IMG/VR virus record: IMGVR_UViG_3300024420_000237
Location: 62,001 to 116,375 of that record
DNA length: 54,375 nucleotides
Strand: one strand, 5' to 3'
Source: an uncultured virus (IMG/VR IMGVR_UViG_3300024420_000237)
Lineage: Duplodnaviria; Heunggongvirae; Uroviricota; Caudoviricetes
The notes beneath the pieces are model-generated. The model ran no database searches, was not told where the DNA came from, and worked only from the letters and a program-made list of their open reading frames with translations. The position numbers and the translations under genes are program-made. Below, in pieces: positions 31,919 to 39,765 of the stretch. Position 1 is the first letter of the stretch; each line of letters starts with the position of its first letter.

Positions 31919-32487
31919 TATACATACCCCTTACTAGCTAAACGCCCATTCAAATAATCATTCATAGTAAAGTTTTCTCTAACGTTCTTTGGAGAATATG
32001 TTGTAGTCAATGACATAACAAACATATTTTGCACTGGAACTCTTGCGCCGCTTCTTGTATTAATATAGTCAATATCAGAGTCTAAGTTCCACGTAAAGTC
32101 TCTTATTAGCACGGGAACATTTGTGTAAATACCATGTGCATCTAACCTTAATATCGGTGGGGGTAATCCAGCATTTGCTGACTGCATACCGAAATCCATC
32201 TTTAATGCACCCCTCATAAAGTTGGCCATCTGTAATACTGTGTCTGCTTCTTGTTCACTGCGAACAATAATAGGAGCTGTCATGTTAAATTCTGTATTTG
32301 AAGACATATCAAACGCTCTTTGTTGAAAGTTTGTATGCGATAGGTCATATGAACTATACCCAGTACTTGTCAACACTGTTATCGTTGGTGTATACGGAAA
32401 TTGCATTGCACCAAGCCCAGACGCACCTAAACGACCACTAGGGTCACGTATAGTTACGGGCTGTTGTTCTTTGTAGATATTATCCAT
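31918..32487 (-). CDS. Tail tube initiator/baseplate-tube junction-like protein
   Basis: FPYTPTI, PPPILRL and VPVLIRDFTW motifs; first gene of the late hub operon. Confidence 0.55.
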   Translation of the reverse strand: MDNIYKEQQPVTIRDPSGRLGASGLGAMQFPYTPTITVLTSTGYSSYDLSHTNFQQRAFDMSSNTEFNMTAPIIVRSEQEADTVLQMANFMRGALKMDFGMQSANAGLPPPILRLDAHGIYTNVPVLIRDFTWNLDSDIDYINTRSGARVPVQNMFVMSLTTTYSPKNVRENFTMNDYLNGRLASKGYV

Positions 32488-32507
32488 GTTATACTCCTTG
32501 TTTCTTG

Positions 32508-32586
32508 TATTTATCGTTACTTAAACTTCGAAGTTTAAGAATATATACAATTAGCACTTGACATTGGTTTTCATATGTATTATAAT
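32508..32586. promoter_or_regulatory. Divergent control region: late promoter (-), perfect 20-bp palindrome, consensus sigma70 promoter (+)
   Basis: GATAAATA on minus at 32515-32508; CTTAAACTTCGAAGTTTAAG at 32520-32539; TTGACA 32558-32563, 17 bp, TATAAT 32581-32586. Confidence 0.8.
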
Positions 32587-32611
32587 TAATAATATTAATA
32601 GGAGCAAAACC

Positions 32612-33484
32612 ATGGCACGTAGAGGTCAAAATTATTTAAACAACAAAGATATGCTGAAAGAAATTCATATCTCTAAAGCCAACTTTAGTTGGTTTGAAAA
32701 CAGAGATTTGCATCATCAACATGATATCATCTTAGATGATGTAAGTGAAATTCATCAAGCAGAAGAACAAGCAAGAACCAATCGGGCAAACAGATTACAA
32801 AAGGCCGCTTGGGACTTAAATGAAGATAAAAAGAAAAGACAAGTAGACTTTGCAGTAGATCCAGCATCTTTCGAAAAAGAATCGTTGGTTTTCAGAGTTA
32901 TGACTTTCGACCATATTCCAGATGAACCTGGCCGTAAAGCAAACCCAAAGACTATTGCAGACCATAAAGTGAAATTGCATTTCCCACCATTCAAGCATTA
33001 TGTAATTGAAGGGAAAGGTGTAAGAGAAGTAGCATATTCACATCATAACAAAGACAAAGAGTTTGATTTACGTGGCGGTAAGATTACGGCAACGTTAGCC
33101 AACATGTATATCAAATTAGTCGAGCGTTATTCTCAAAGAAGTAACTGGAGAGGCTATACGTATATTGACGAAATGCGTGGACAGGCATTATTACAACTTG
33201 CACAGATTGGATTACAGTTCAATGAAGCAAAGAGTGATAACCCATTCGCATATTATACAGCGGCTGTAAACAATTCATTTACACGTGTTCTAAACACTGA
33301 AAAGAAAAATCAAGGCATTCGTGACGACCTATTAGAGAAATCAGGTCAGATGCCAAGTTGGACTAGACAATTAGAACATGAAATGAAGTCTCAGGAAAGA
33401 TGGCAAAAAGTAATTAAAACAAGAATTACTGATGAACAAATCCCAACAGAAACTATCAAAGAGATTTACGCTGACAATGACTAA
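32612..33484 (+). CDS. gp55: Late-transcription sigma factor (T4 gp55-like)
   Basis: NYLNNKDML, NWRGYTYIDEM and FNEAKSDNPFAYYT..NSFTRVLNTEKK motifs; upstream of gp47/gp46 as in T4-like phages. Start at ATG 32612 after AGGAG. Confidence 0.85.
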   Translation: MARRGQNYLNNKDMLKEIHISKANFSWFENRDLHHQHDIILDDVSEIHQAEEQARTNRANRLQKAAWDLNEDKKKRQVDFAVDPASFEKESLVFRVMTFDHIPDEPGRKANPKTIADHKVKLHFPPFKHYVIEGKGVREVAYSHHNKDKEFDLRGGKITATLANMYIKLVERYSQRSNWRGYTYIDEMRGQALLQLAQIGLQFNEAKSDNPFAYYTAAVNNSFTRVLNTEKKNQGIRDDLLEKSGQMPSWTRQLEHEMKSQERWQKVIKTRITDEQIPTETIKEIYADND

Positions 33485-34493
33485 TCTTTTCAACAAAGCC
33501 GCTTGGTTCACTGATATTCACTATGGCATGCGTAACAATGCACGCCTACACAATCAAGATTGTGACGAATTCATTGATTGGGTCATAGGAGAAGCTAAAT
33601 CAAAAGGGTGCGAAACCTGTATATTTGGCGGAGATTGGCATCATAACAGAGCCAGTCTGAATATTTCAACTATGAAGTACAGTCTTGCAGGCTTAAGAAA
33701 ACTCAACGATGCTTTTGAAAAAGTTTACTTTATCTTAGGCAACCATGATTTATTCTATCGTGAAACACGTGACGTTAACTCAGTTGAGTTTGCAAAAGAA
33801 TTACCTAATATAGTACTAATCAATGAACAATTTGTACAAGATGATGTAGCTATTGTTCCGTGGTTAGTTGGTGATGAATGGAAAAAAATTCCGAAAATTA
33901 AAACAAAGTATATGTTTGGTCACTTTGAACTACCTACGTTTAAGTTAAACGCAATGGTAGAAATGCCAGACCATGGTGGTCTGAAAAGTGAAATGTTTGA
34001 ACACCAAGACTTTGTTTTTAGTGGACATTTTCATCATCGTCAAGTAAAAGGTAATGTGATATACACAGGTAATGCATTCCCACATAACTTCTCTGACGCA
34101 GGAGACGATGACCGTGGTTGGATGTTCTTAGAATGGGACAAAGAACCAGAATTCTTTGCATGGCCTGATGCTCCTAAATATAAAAACATCACATTATCTA
34201 ACTTACTTGAAAATCCATCTGCGTACTTGTTACCTAAAACAAGTGCAAGAATTTCACTTGATATTGATATATCATACGAAGAAGCAACATTCATCAAAGA
34301 TACATTCATTGAGGCATATGACTTACGAGACATAACACTTCAACCTATGAAAAACACTGAACACGAAGATGACACTGGTGCTGAAATTCATTTTGAAACT
34401 ATTGACGAAATTGTGATATCACAATTAAACTCAATAGATGATAATGGTAGCTTTAATAAAAAAGTTCTCGTAGAACTATATCAAAATCTATAG
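33477..34493 (+). CDS. gp47: Recombination endonuclease subunit (gp47; Mre11/SbcD-like)
   Basis: Metallophosphoesterase motifs TDIH, GGDW, GNHD, GHFE and SGHFH. Confidence 0.9.
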   Translation: MTNLFNKAAWFTDIHYGMRNNARLHNQDCDEFIDWVIGEAKSKGCETCIFGGDWHHNRASLNISTMKYSLAGLRKLNDAFEKVYFILGNHDLFYRETRDVNSVEFAKELPNIVLINEQFVQDDVAIVPWLVGDEWKKIPKIKTKYMFGHFELPTFKLNAMVEMPDHGGLKSEMFEHQDFVFSGHFHHRQVKGNVIYTGNAFPHNFSDAGDDDRGWMFLEWDKEPEFFAWPDAPKYKNITLSNLLENPSAYLLPKTSARISLDIDISYEEATFIKDTFIEAYDLRDITLQPMKNTEHEDDTGAEIHFETIDEIVISQLNSIDDNGSFNKKVLVELYQNL

Positions 34494-34495
34494 AC

Positions 34496-35092
34496 ATGAA
34501 AAACGTTTTAATAACAGGAAACAGAGACTATGGGCTTTGCAAGAGTATTTGCAATCTGTTTGATACTGTGGATGATATTAACTATACTACTGTCAGTCGG
34601 AGCAATGGTTGGAATTTGGACGTAGGTCCAGAACAAAAACGACTAGCAGATTATTTTGTAGATAATAAATTTGATATCTTTATTAACAATTCCGCAATAT
34701 GGAAGTTTCATCAAATTATGATTGCTGAACAAGTTTATGCAAAATGCGTTGAAGAAAAGCATTCTGCATATTTGATACATATGGGTTCTACAGCCGATAC
34801 AGGTGTAAAAGGAAGAACGTGGAGATACCCAACTGAAAAGAAAGCATTAAGAGATTACAATCGTGACCTAACATACATGACAATGGGTGGGTCTAATATA
34901 AAGACTACATGTTTGTCACCGGGCAGTTTGACTACACCAAGTGTGATGAAAAAACACCCTGATAGAAAGTTTTTAGATACAGAGTATGTAGCCGATTTAA
35001 TTTTATGGTTGATTAATCAACCAGATTATGTTAATATTAACGAAATTTCTGTAGACCCAATACAAGCAGGAATATACGCAAGAGAGAGGTAA
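34496..35092 (+). CDS. Short-chain dehydrogenase/reductase (SDR)
   Basis: VLITGNRDYGL, DIFINNS, HMGS, YxxxK (YPTEK), LSPG and VNINEISV motifs. Confidence 0.85.
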   Translation: MKNVLITGNRDYGLCKSICNLFDTVDDINYTTVSRSNGWNLDVGPEQKRLADYFVDNKFDIFINNSAIWKFHQIMIAEQVYAKCVEEKHSAYLIHMGSTADTGVKGRTWRYPTEKKALRDYNRDLTYMTMGGSNIKTTCLSPGSLTTPSVMKKHPDRKFLDTEYVADLILWLINQPDYVNINEISVDPIQAGIYARER

Positions 35093-35096
35093 ACGT

Positions 35097-36905
35097 TTGC
35101 TAAAGATTAAGAATATAACAGTTAAAAACTTCATGAGTGTAGGTAACGTCACGCAGTCTGTAATACTGGACCGTGATGCATTAACACTCGTTTTAGGTAA
35201 TAACTTAGATTTGGGAGGCGATGGTTCTCGTAATGGTACAGGAAAGACCACACTTATTAATGCACTTTCATATGGTATATATGGCAATGCACTTACTAAT
35301 ATTAGAAAAGACAATCTAATTAATAAGACAAATGGTAAGAACATGATTGTCACCATTGATTTTGAATTCAATGGAAGTCAGTACAGGATTGAACGTGGAC
35401 GTAGACCTAATATATTCAGATTCATTAGAGACGGTATAGATTTAAATTCAGCCGATGATGTAGCACAAGGCGAAATGAGACAAACACAAGTAGAAGTTGA
35501 TTCTATTATTGGTATTTCTCATTCAATGTTTAAGCACATTGTTGCACTCAATACCTATACTGAACCTTTCTTAAGTATGAGAGCAAACGACCAAAGAGAG
35601 TTGATTGAAGAACTTTTAGGTATTACAGAATTATCTCGTAAAGCTGATGCACTCAAGGAAGTAGTTAAAGAAACAAAAGACCAAATCAAAGATGAAGAAT
35701 ATAGTCTTAAGGCAAAAGAAGATGCAAATTCTCGTATTCTAAAGAGTATTACAGACATAGAACGTAGGCAACGTATATGGAATGATAAACATGATACAGA
35801 ATTAACTGAATTAGAATCTGCCCTAGACGCATTATCTCATGTAGATATCAAACAAGAGATTGCTAATCATCAATTATTAAATGCATACAATGATAAGAAA
35901 ACAAAGTTAGATGAAGCGAACCGTTGGGTTACAAGTATTACTGCCGACAATAAAAAGTTTTCTGATTTAGAAGTAAGAGTAGTCGGTGATATAGAATCTA
36001 TCAAAGACCATAAATGCTTTGCATGTGGACAAGAAGTACACGATAGCAAACAAGAAGAAATTCTAAAAGATAAAGAAGAACTATTAGCAGATACACGCAG
36101 TCATTTATCAGAAAATAATGTAAAACTAGAGGAACACACTACCACAATAAATAACGTAGGTGAACTCGGTAGCAAGCCTTCGGTGTTTTATGAAGACTTA
36201 AATGATGCATACGAACATCAAAACTCAGTTAGTATGCTGAAGGAACAAATTGAAAGTAAGAAAACACAAGAAGACCCGTACACTGAACAGATTAAAGAAA
36301 TGCGTGAAAGTAGTTTAGAAGAATTAAACTACAATACAATGAACGCACTTATTTCTTATCGTGAACATCAGGACTTCTTAATGAAACTATTAACAAACAA
36401 AGATAGTTTTATTCGTAAAAAGATTATTGACCAAAACTTATCATACTTAAATACACGGTTAGAAAAGTATCTTGATAAACTAGGTCTACCACATGAAGTC
36501 AAATTCTTAAGTGATTTGACAGTAGAAATTACAGAGTTAGGTCGTGAACTTGACTTTGACAACTTAAGCAGAGGTGAACGTAACAGACTTATTCTAGGAC
36601 TATCATGGGCATTCCGTGATATCTATGAATCACTTTATAGTACTATCAATGTTCTATTTGTTGATGAACTTATTGATAGTGGTATGGATACTAATGGTGT
36701 TGAGTCGTCATTAGCAACACTTAAAAAGATGCAACGTGATAGAAATCGTTCTATCTTTTTAGTGTCACACAGGGACGAGTTATACGGTCGTGTAACAAAC
36801 GTGCTTAACGTAATTAAAGAAAACGGATTTACTACATTTTCTCACGATGATGCAGTAGAATTAACTGATACAAATAAACCAGTAGAAGGAGTACCTAATG
36901 TCTGA
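35097..36905 (+). CDS. gp46: Recombination ATPase subunit (gp46; Rad50/SbcC-like)
   Basis: Walker A NGTGKTT, coiled coil, zinc hook CFAC, signature LSRGE, Walker B LFVDE, SH switch; TTG start after GAGAGAGG. Confidence 0.93.
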   Translation: MLKIKNITVKNFMSVGNVTQSVILDRDALTLVLGNNLDLGGDGSRNGTGKTTLINALSYGIYGNALTNIRKDNLINKTNGKNMIVTIDFEFNGSQYRIERGRRPNIFRFIRDGIDLNSADDVAQGEMRQTQVEVDSIIGISHSMFKHIVALNTYTEPFLSMRANDQRELIEELLGITELSRKADALKEVVKETKDQIKDEEYSLKAKEDANSRILKSITDIERRQRIWNDKHDTELTELESALDALSHVDIKQEIANHQLLNAYNDKKTKLDEANRWVTSITADNKKFSDLEVRVVGDIESIKDHKCFACGQEVHDSKQEEILKDKEELLADTRSHLSENNVKLEEHTTTINNVGELGSKPSVFYEDLNDAYEHQNSVSMLKEQIESKKTQEDPYTEQIKEMRESSLEELNYNTMNALISYREHQDFLMKLLTNKDSFIRKKIIDQNLSYLNTRLEKYLDKLGLPHEVKFLSDLTVEITELGRELDFDNLSRGERNRLILGLSWAFRDIYESLYSTINVLFVDELIDSGMDTNGVESSLATLKKMQRDRNRSIFLVSHRDELYGRVTNVLNVIKENGFTTFSHDDAVELTDTNKPVEGVPNV

Positions 36906-37158
36906 TTTTAAAATAGTTCATAAACCACATAAAATGTTAGATTGGCTAGAAGGCGAAGTTACTGATTGGGCGCATAATATTATCAAAGAACATTTTAGTA
37001 TAGAAGATACTGATGAACTTTCCAAAGAGCAAATAGAAGAAGTTATTGCTGAATGGGAAAAACTAACAGAAGCCGAAATGGGTTACGATTGGTTAGCAAT
37101 CGGTTTCAGAAACATAATCGGTTCATGGGAAAATGAACATGATGATTATTTAATTTAA
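36898..37158 (+). CDS. Hypothetical acidic protein
   Basis: 86-aa ORF with AAGGAG RBS, overlapping the gp46 stop. Confidence 0.75.
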   Translation: MSDFKIVHKPHKMLDWLEGEVTDWAHNIIKEHFSIEDTDELSKEQIEEVIAEWEKLTEAEMGYDWLAIGFRNIIGSWENEHDDYLI

Positions 37159-37170
37159 AAGGAGTATACA

Positions 37171-37347
37171 ATGAATACACATGAAAAAATCGTAGAACAA
37201 TATGAAAACTATTTAACTGAACATGCGGCATGGGAAGAAAAAGGTGTTAAAGCCGCGGCCGCAAGAGCAAGAAAGGCTCTTGGTGAAATTGGTAAAATGA
37301 CCAAAGAACGCCGTAAAGAAATTCAGGAAAAAAAGAATAATATGTAA
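37171..37347 (+). CDS. Small basic protein, histone H1-like Hc1 family-like (58 aa)
   Basis: Not in ORF track. AAGGAG RBS; MNTHEKIVEQYENYLTEHAAWEEKGVKAAAARARKALGEIGKMTKERRKEIQEKKNNM, with a KGxKAAxxRARKA motif. Confidence 0.75.
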   Translation: MNTHEKIVEQYENYLTEHAAWEEKGVKAAAARARKALGEIGKMTKERRKEIQEKKNNM

Positions 37348-37355
37348 AAAAAGTG

Positions 37356-37384
37356 TTGACAACACTTACTTTTTTTGCTATTAT
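37356..37384 (+). promoter_or_regulatory. Sigma70-type promoter driving a non-coding transcript
   Basis: TTGACA, 17 bp, TGnTATTAT; the -35 box sits inside the inverted repeat AAGTGTTG-A-CAACACTT. Confidence 0.75.
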
Positions 37385-37390
37385 AGTAAG

Positions 37391-37502
37391 TATATTAAAG
37401 ATGTGAAGTGTCTCCTCTCAACCTCTCTCATCTAACTGAGCATCTTTATTATTCTCACACAGAGAGCAACATCAAGCCCGGCACAGTGTGTCGGGCTTTT
37501 TT
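37391..37502 (+). ncRNA. Candidate small RNA with CU-rich anti-Shine-Dalgarno loop
   Basis: Bounded by a promoter and a terminator, with no RBS-led ORF. Stem TAAAGATG / CATCTTTA encloses TCTCCTCTCAACCTCTCTC; second hairpin TTCTC / GAGAG. Confidence 0.65.
37474..37502 (+). terminator. Intrinsic terminator
   Basis: AAGCCCGGCAC-AGT-GTGTCGGGCTT followed by further Ts. Confidence 0.85.
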
Positions 37503-37518
37503 ATAGAAAGATTATGTT

Positions 37519-37710
37519 ATGCAACAACCGATTGATAGAAACAAAATTAAACAAATAGAAAAAGAAAAACTAGATAAGCAAGTTAAAAAATATTTGAAAA
37601 AAGGCGGAACTGTTTCAGTATACCCCGAAGGCGCAATCACAGATGAAGGCCAAATGAATTATAAATTTAGACGTGGTATGAAGAAGAAAACTAATAATGA
37701 AAAGCCGTAA
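37519..37710 (+). CDS. Small basic hypothetical protein
   Basis: 63 aa; VKKYLKKGGTV motif is common in small phage proteins. Confidence 0.65.
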   Translation: MQQPIDRNKIKQIEKEKLDKQVKKYLKKGGTVSVYPEGAITDEGQMNYKFRRGMKKKTNNEKP

Positions 37711-37885
37711 ACTATTAGATGGGAAAAAAGTTAAAGAATTAGAACGTGCAATAACTTTAAAAGTTTATACCAAGTGTCCAAATAAATATAAACTCATAGA
37801 TATGGAAACAGGAGACATATACATAGGTATAGATACTCCTAATTCCAATTGGCAGAAAGTATTAGACAATGAAACCAAAGATTAA
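37697..37885 (+). CDS. Small hypothetical protein
   Basis: 62 aa, overlapping both neighbours; TKCPNKYKLIDMETG. Confidence 0.65.
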   Translation: MKSRKLLDGKKVKELERAITLKVYTKCPNKYKLIDMETGDIYIGIDTPNSNWQKVLDNETKD

Positions 37886-38096
37886 AGGTTGGGAATTTGA
37901 TGTAGACGATATACATTGGATTGAACATGCACTTGCATACAGATTGGGCAGACTTATAAAACGTCAAGGCATTGTAGAAAAAGATTCTAGCAAAGATGTT
38001 ATAATAGCAGAGATTAAAGTCATAACCGCCCTTCAAGGCAAAATACACAATCAGAAAAATTGGTATCGTCCTAGGGGATTTGTACCAGGCGGTTAA
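37869..38096 (+). CDS. Small hypothetical protein
   Basis: 75 aa in an overlapping gene string; ends GKIHNQKNWYRP..GG. Confidence 0.65.
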   Translation: MKPKIKGWEFDVDDIHWIEHALAYRLGRLIKRQGIVEKDSSKDVIIAEIKVITALQGKIHNQKNWYRPRGFVPGG

Positions 38097-38143
38097 ACAT
38101 AACAACGTTGTTAAGTTGTACAGCTATTTCCATAAATACATAT

Positions 38144-38371
38144 ATGAAAGTGTTTATGATTATCATCTTTATGGTATCCTCCGGAGAACAAATAGTTCCA
38201 CCCGGAATGGAACCTAGAGAATTCAACACAATAGAAGAATGTGAATTGAAGCTAGCCGCCGCGGTAGAGTTTATCGAATACGGTATTAGAACCGAACAGT
38301 TGCCTAGATATTATATTGGGTATAAAGCGGAATGCGTTCAATCAGAAGACGTAGCGCCTTCGATGCAGTGA
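38144..38371 (+). CDS. Small protein with hydrophobic N-terminus and two Cys
   Basis: MKVFMIIIFMV..FNTIEECE..AECV; ATG lies 5 bp after CATAAATA (38131-38138); 3' end overlaps the resolvase gene convergently. Confidence 0.55.
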   Translation: MKVFMIIIFMVSSGEQIVPPGMEPREFNTIEECELKLAAAVEFIEYGIRTEQLPRYYIGYKAECVQSEDVAPSMQ

Positions 38372-38877
38372 TTCTCAAATGCATTTGAATTATACTTCCA
38401 AAATTCTTCTGCACTTGTAATAATCCAACAACCATTCTTCTCAGACTTGTAAGTTGTACTAATCGGTGAACGCCATCCGATTCCATTCATATGTTCTTGA
38501 TATGCAACATAAGTTCCTATACGATTAAATTTCATAAAGATAATGTTAACGTCACTATCTTCTGCAATCTCCATAGTTTGTACAATCCAGTCCTCTAAAA
38601 GAGGAATTTTTTTATCGTACAATAAATGGTGCCAAGGGAATTCTTTATAAAACTTACACTCACAGTTAAAGTACTTCCAGTTATCAGGAGGTATAATATC
38701 TCCTTTAAAACCTCGTACTTGTCCTTCGCTTAAGTTAGTTGCTCTATGGAAATTACTTCCACCTATAAATGCTCCAGAATTAGGGACACGTACAAAACTA
38801 CCATTATATTTCTCACTTAGGAATTTTGCTTGTTCTCTTTCATATCCAGAACCTTTAGATTTGCTTTTACTTGGCAT
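38338..38877 (-). CDS. Holliday junction resolvase (PD-(D/E)XK, Hjc-like)
   Basis: SKSKGSGYERE, RVPNSGA, GDIIPP and ECKFY motifs. Confidence 0.8.
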   Translation of the reverse strand: MPSKSKSKGSGYEREQAKFLSEKYNGSFVRVPNSGAFIGGSNFHRATNLSEGQVRGFKGDIIPPDNWKYFNCECKFYKEFPWHHLLYDKKIPLLEDWIVQTMEIAEDSDVNIIFMKFNRIGTYVAYQEHMNGIGWRSPISTTYKSEKNGCWIITSAEEFWKYNSNAFENHCIEGATSSD

Positions 38878-38977
38878 ATGTTTAATCTCTTTTCATTATA
38901 AAAGGTCTAAAGACCTAATCCCAATTAATATTCATTCGTTAGCACTCATTCATATTAATCGGTATTTCTATTTCTTT

Positions 38978-39006
38978 ATTATATAACATTAATTGGTATA
39001 AGTCAA
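38978..39006 (-). promoter_or_regulatory. Sigma70-type promoter for the resolvase gene
   Basis: Minus strand TTGACT (39006-39001), 17 bp, TATAAT (38983-38978). Confidence 0.7.
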
Positions 39007-39019
39007 ATGATATTATATT

Positions 39020-39460
39020 ATGAGTCTCTGTCCCGTGAAGAAGCCATAATTGCCCTGTTGCCAGGACAATTAAAAAATGGCTGTACAGAAAATCTTGTCT
39101 TATCTGTCCCTTGCTCATCGCCTCTATGTCTAAGTTAGTCGCTAGTTACGACGGAGTCGGTTGACGATCCCTCCTTAACTTAGTATTGCGCCTTTCGGCT
39201 CAACGGCACCTTTTATAATCCACATAGATAGAAACTATAAAAAGCCGATAGTGTTATAAAAACCTATCATCGGTAATATTATACTAGTCAACCATGTTCT
39301 TTAGGAACCATGGCTGTTTTATGATTATGAATACTCTTTTGTGGTTTACGAGAAGAATGTCAGAATTCATCCTGACTAGTCTGACGGCAAACACTACATT
39401 TGCAATCTCAATCCCGAATCGGCAACCCGATTAACAGTTCCACTATGTATGCTGAGGTAT
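39020..39460 (-). ncRNA. Candidate large structured non-coding RNA (~440 nt), family not recognised
   Basis: No ORF of 60 aa or more in a gene-dense genome. About ten helices are readable by eye, with two GNRA tetraloops and G-U pairs that form only on the minus strand. Confidence 0.65.
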
Positions 39461-39523
39461 TAGTCATTATCTTTTCCCTTTGCAAATTATATTAGTTATG
39501 TAAATGTATTAGTTGTTATTAGT
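39458..39523. repeat. Four direct copies of TATTAGT (ACTAATA on minus)
   Basis: At 39458-39464, 39490-39496, 39507-39513 and 39517-39523. Confidence 0.7.
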
Positions 39524-39525
39524 CT

Positions 39526-39759
39526 TTATAATATCGGTGTGCCTGCTTTTTTGCTCATTTCAAAGTTCTGGTCGATAATCTCATTCAGATGTTTGATATG
39601 GCCCACTGGCATTTCATGAAGTTCAGAGATTGAAACCCCTCCTCTCATGTACCAAGATAATTGTAACAGATTCTTATGTACTTTGTCAAGCTCTTTTTGA
39701 AAGTTTTTTTGTTTTTCTACAATTTCTTCACCGCTGGCGGTTGCTAGCCAGCTTAGGAA
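39526..39759 (-). CDS. gp51-like C-terminal extension reached by predicted -1 frameshift from the gp26-like ORF (77 aa)
   Basis: Not in ORF track. Open -1 frame FLSWLATASGEEIVEKQKNFQKELDKVHKNLLQLSWYMRGGVSISELHEMPVGHIKHLNEIIDQNFEMSKKAGTPIL*; no ATG/GTG/TTG until residue 38. Confidence 0.75.
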   Translation of the reverse strand, partial: FLSWLATASGEEIVEKQKNFQKELDKVHKNLLQLSWYMRGGVSISELHEMPVGHIKHLNEIIDQNFEMSKKAGTPIL

Positions 39760-39765
39760 AAATTT
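39733..39765 (-). promoter_or_regulatory. Programmed -1 ribosomal frameshift signal
   Basis: In-frame slippery heptamer A-AAU-UUU (39765-39759), 6-nt spacer UCCUAA, hairpin GCUGGC-(8 nt)-GCCAGC (39752-39733). Confidence 0.75.

Noticed and set aside
32520..32539. CtrA box (TTAA-N7-TTAA) or intrinsic terminator
   Set aside because: TTAA half-sites are 10 bp apart, not 7. It lies between divergent genes with no U-tract, so an operator reading fits better.
39020..39460. Group I/II intron, tmRNA, RNase P or tRNA identity for the structured region
   Set aside because: No interrupted gene flanks it, and I found no recognisable P7/J8-7, canonical domain V, tRNA-like ends with CCA, or GAGGAAAGUCC core by eye. 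Only a covariance-model search can exclude these properly.
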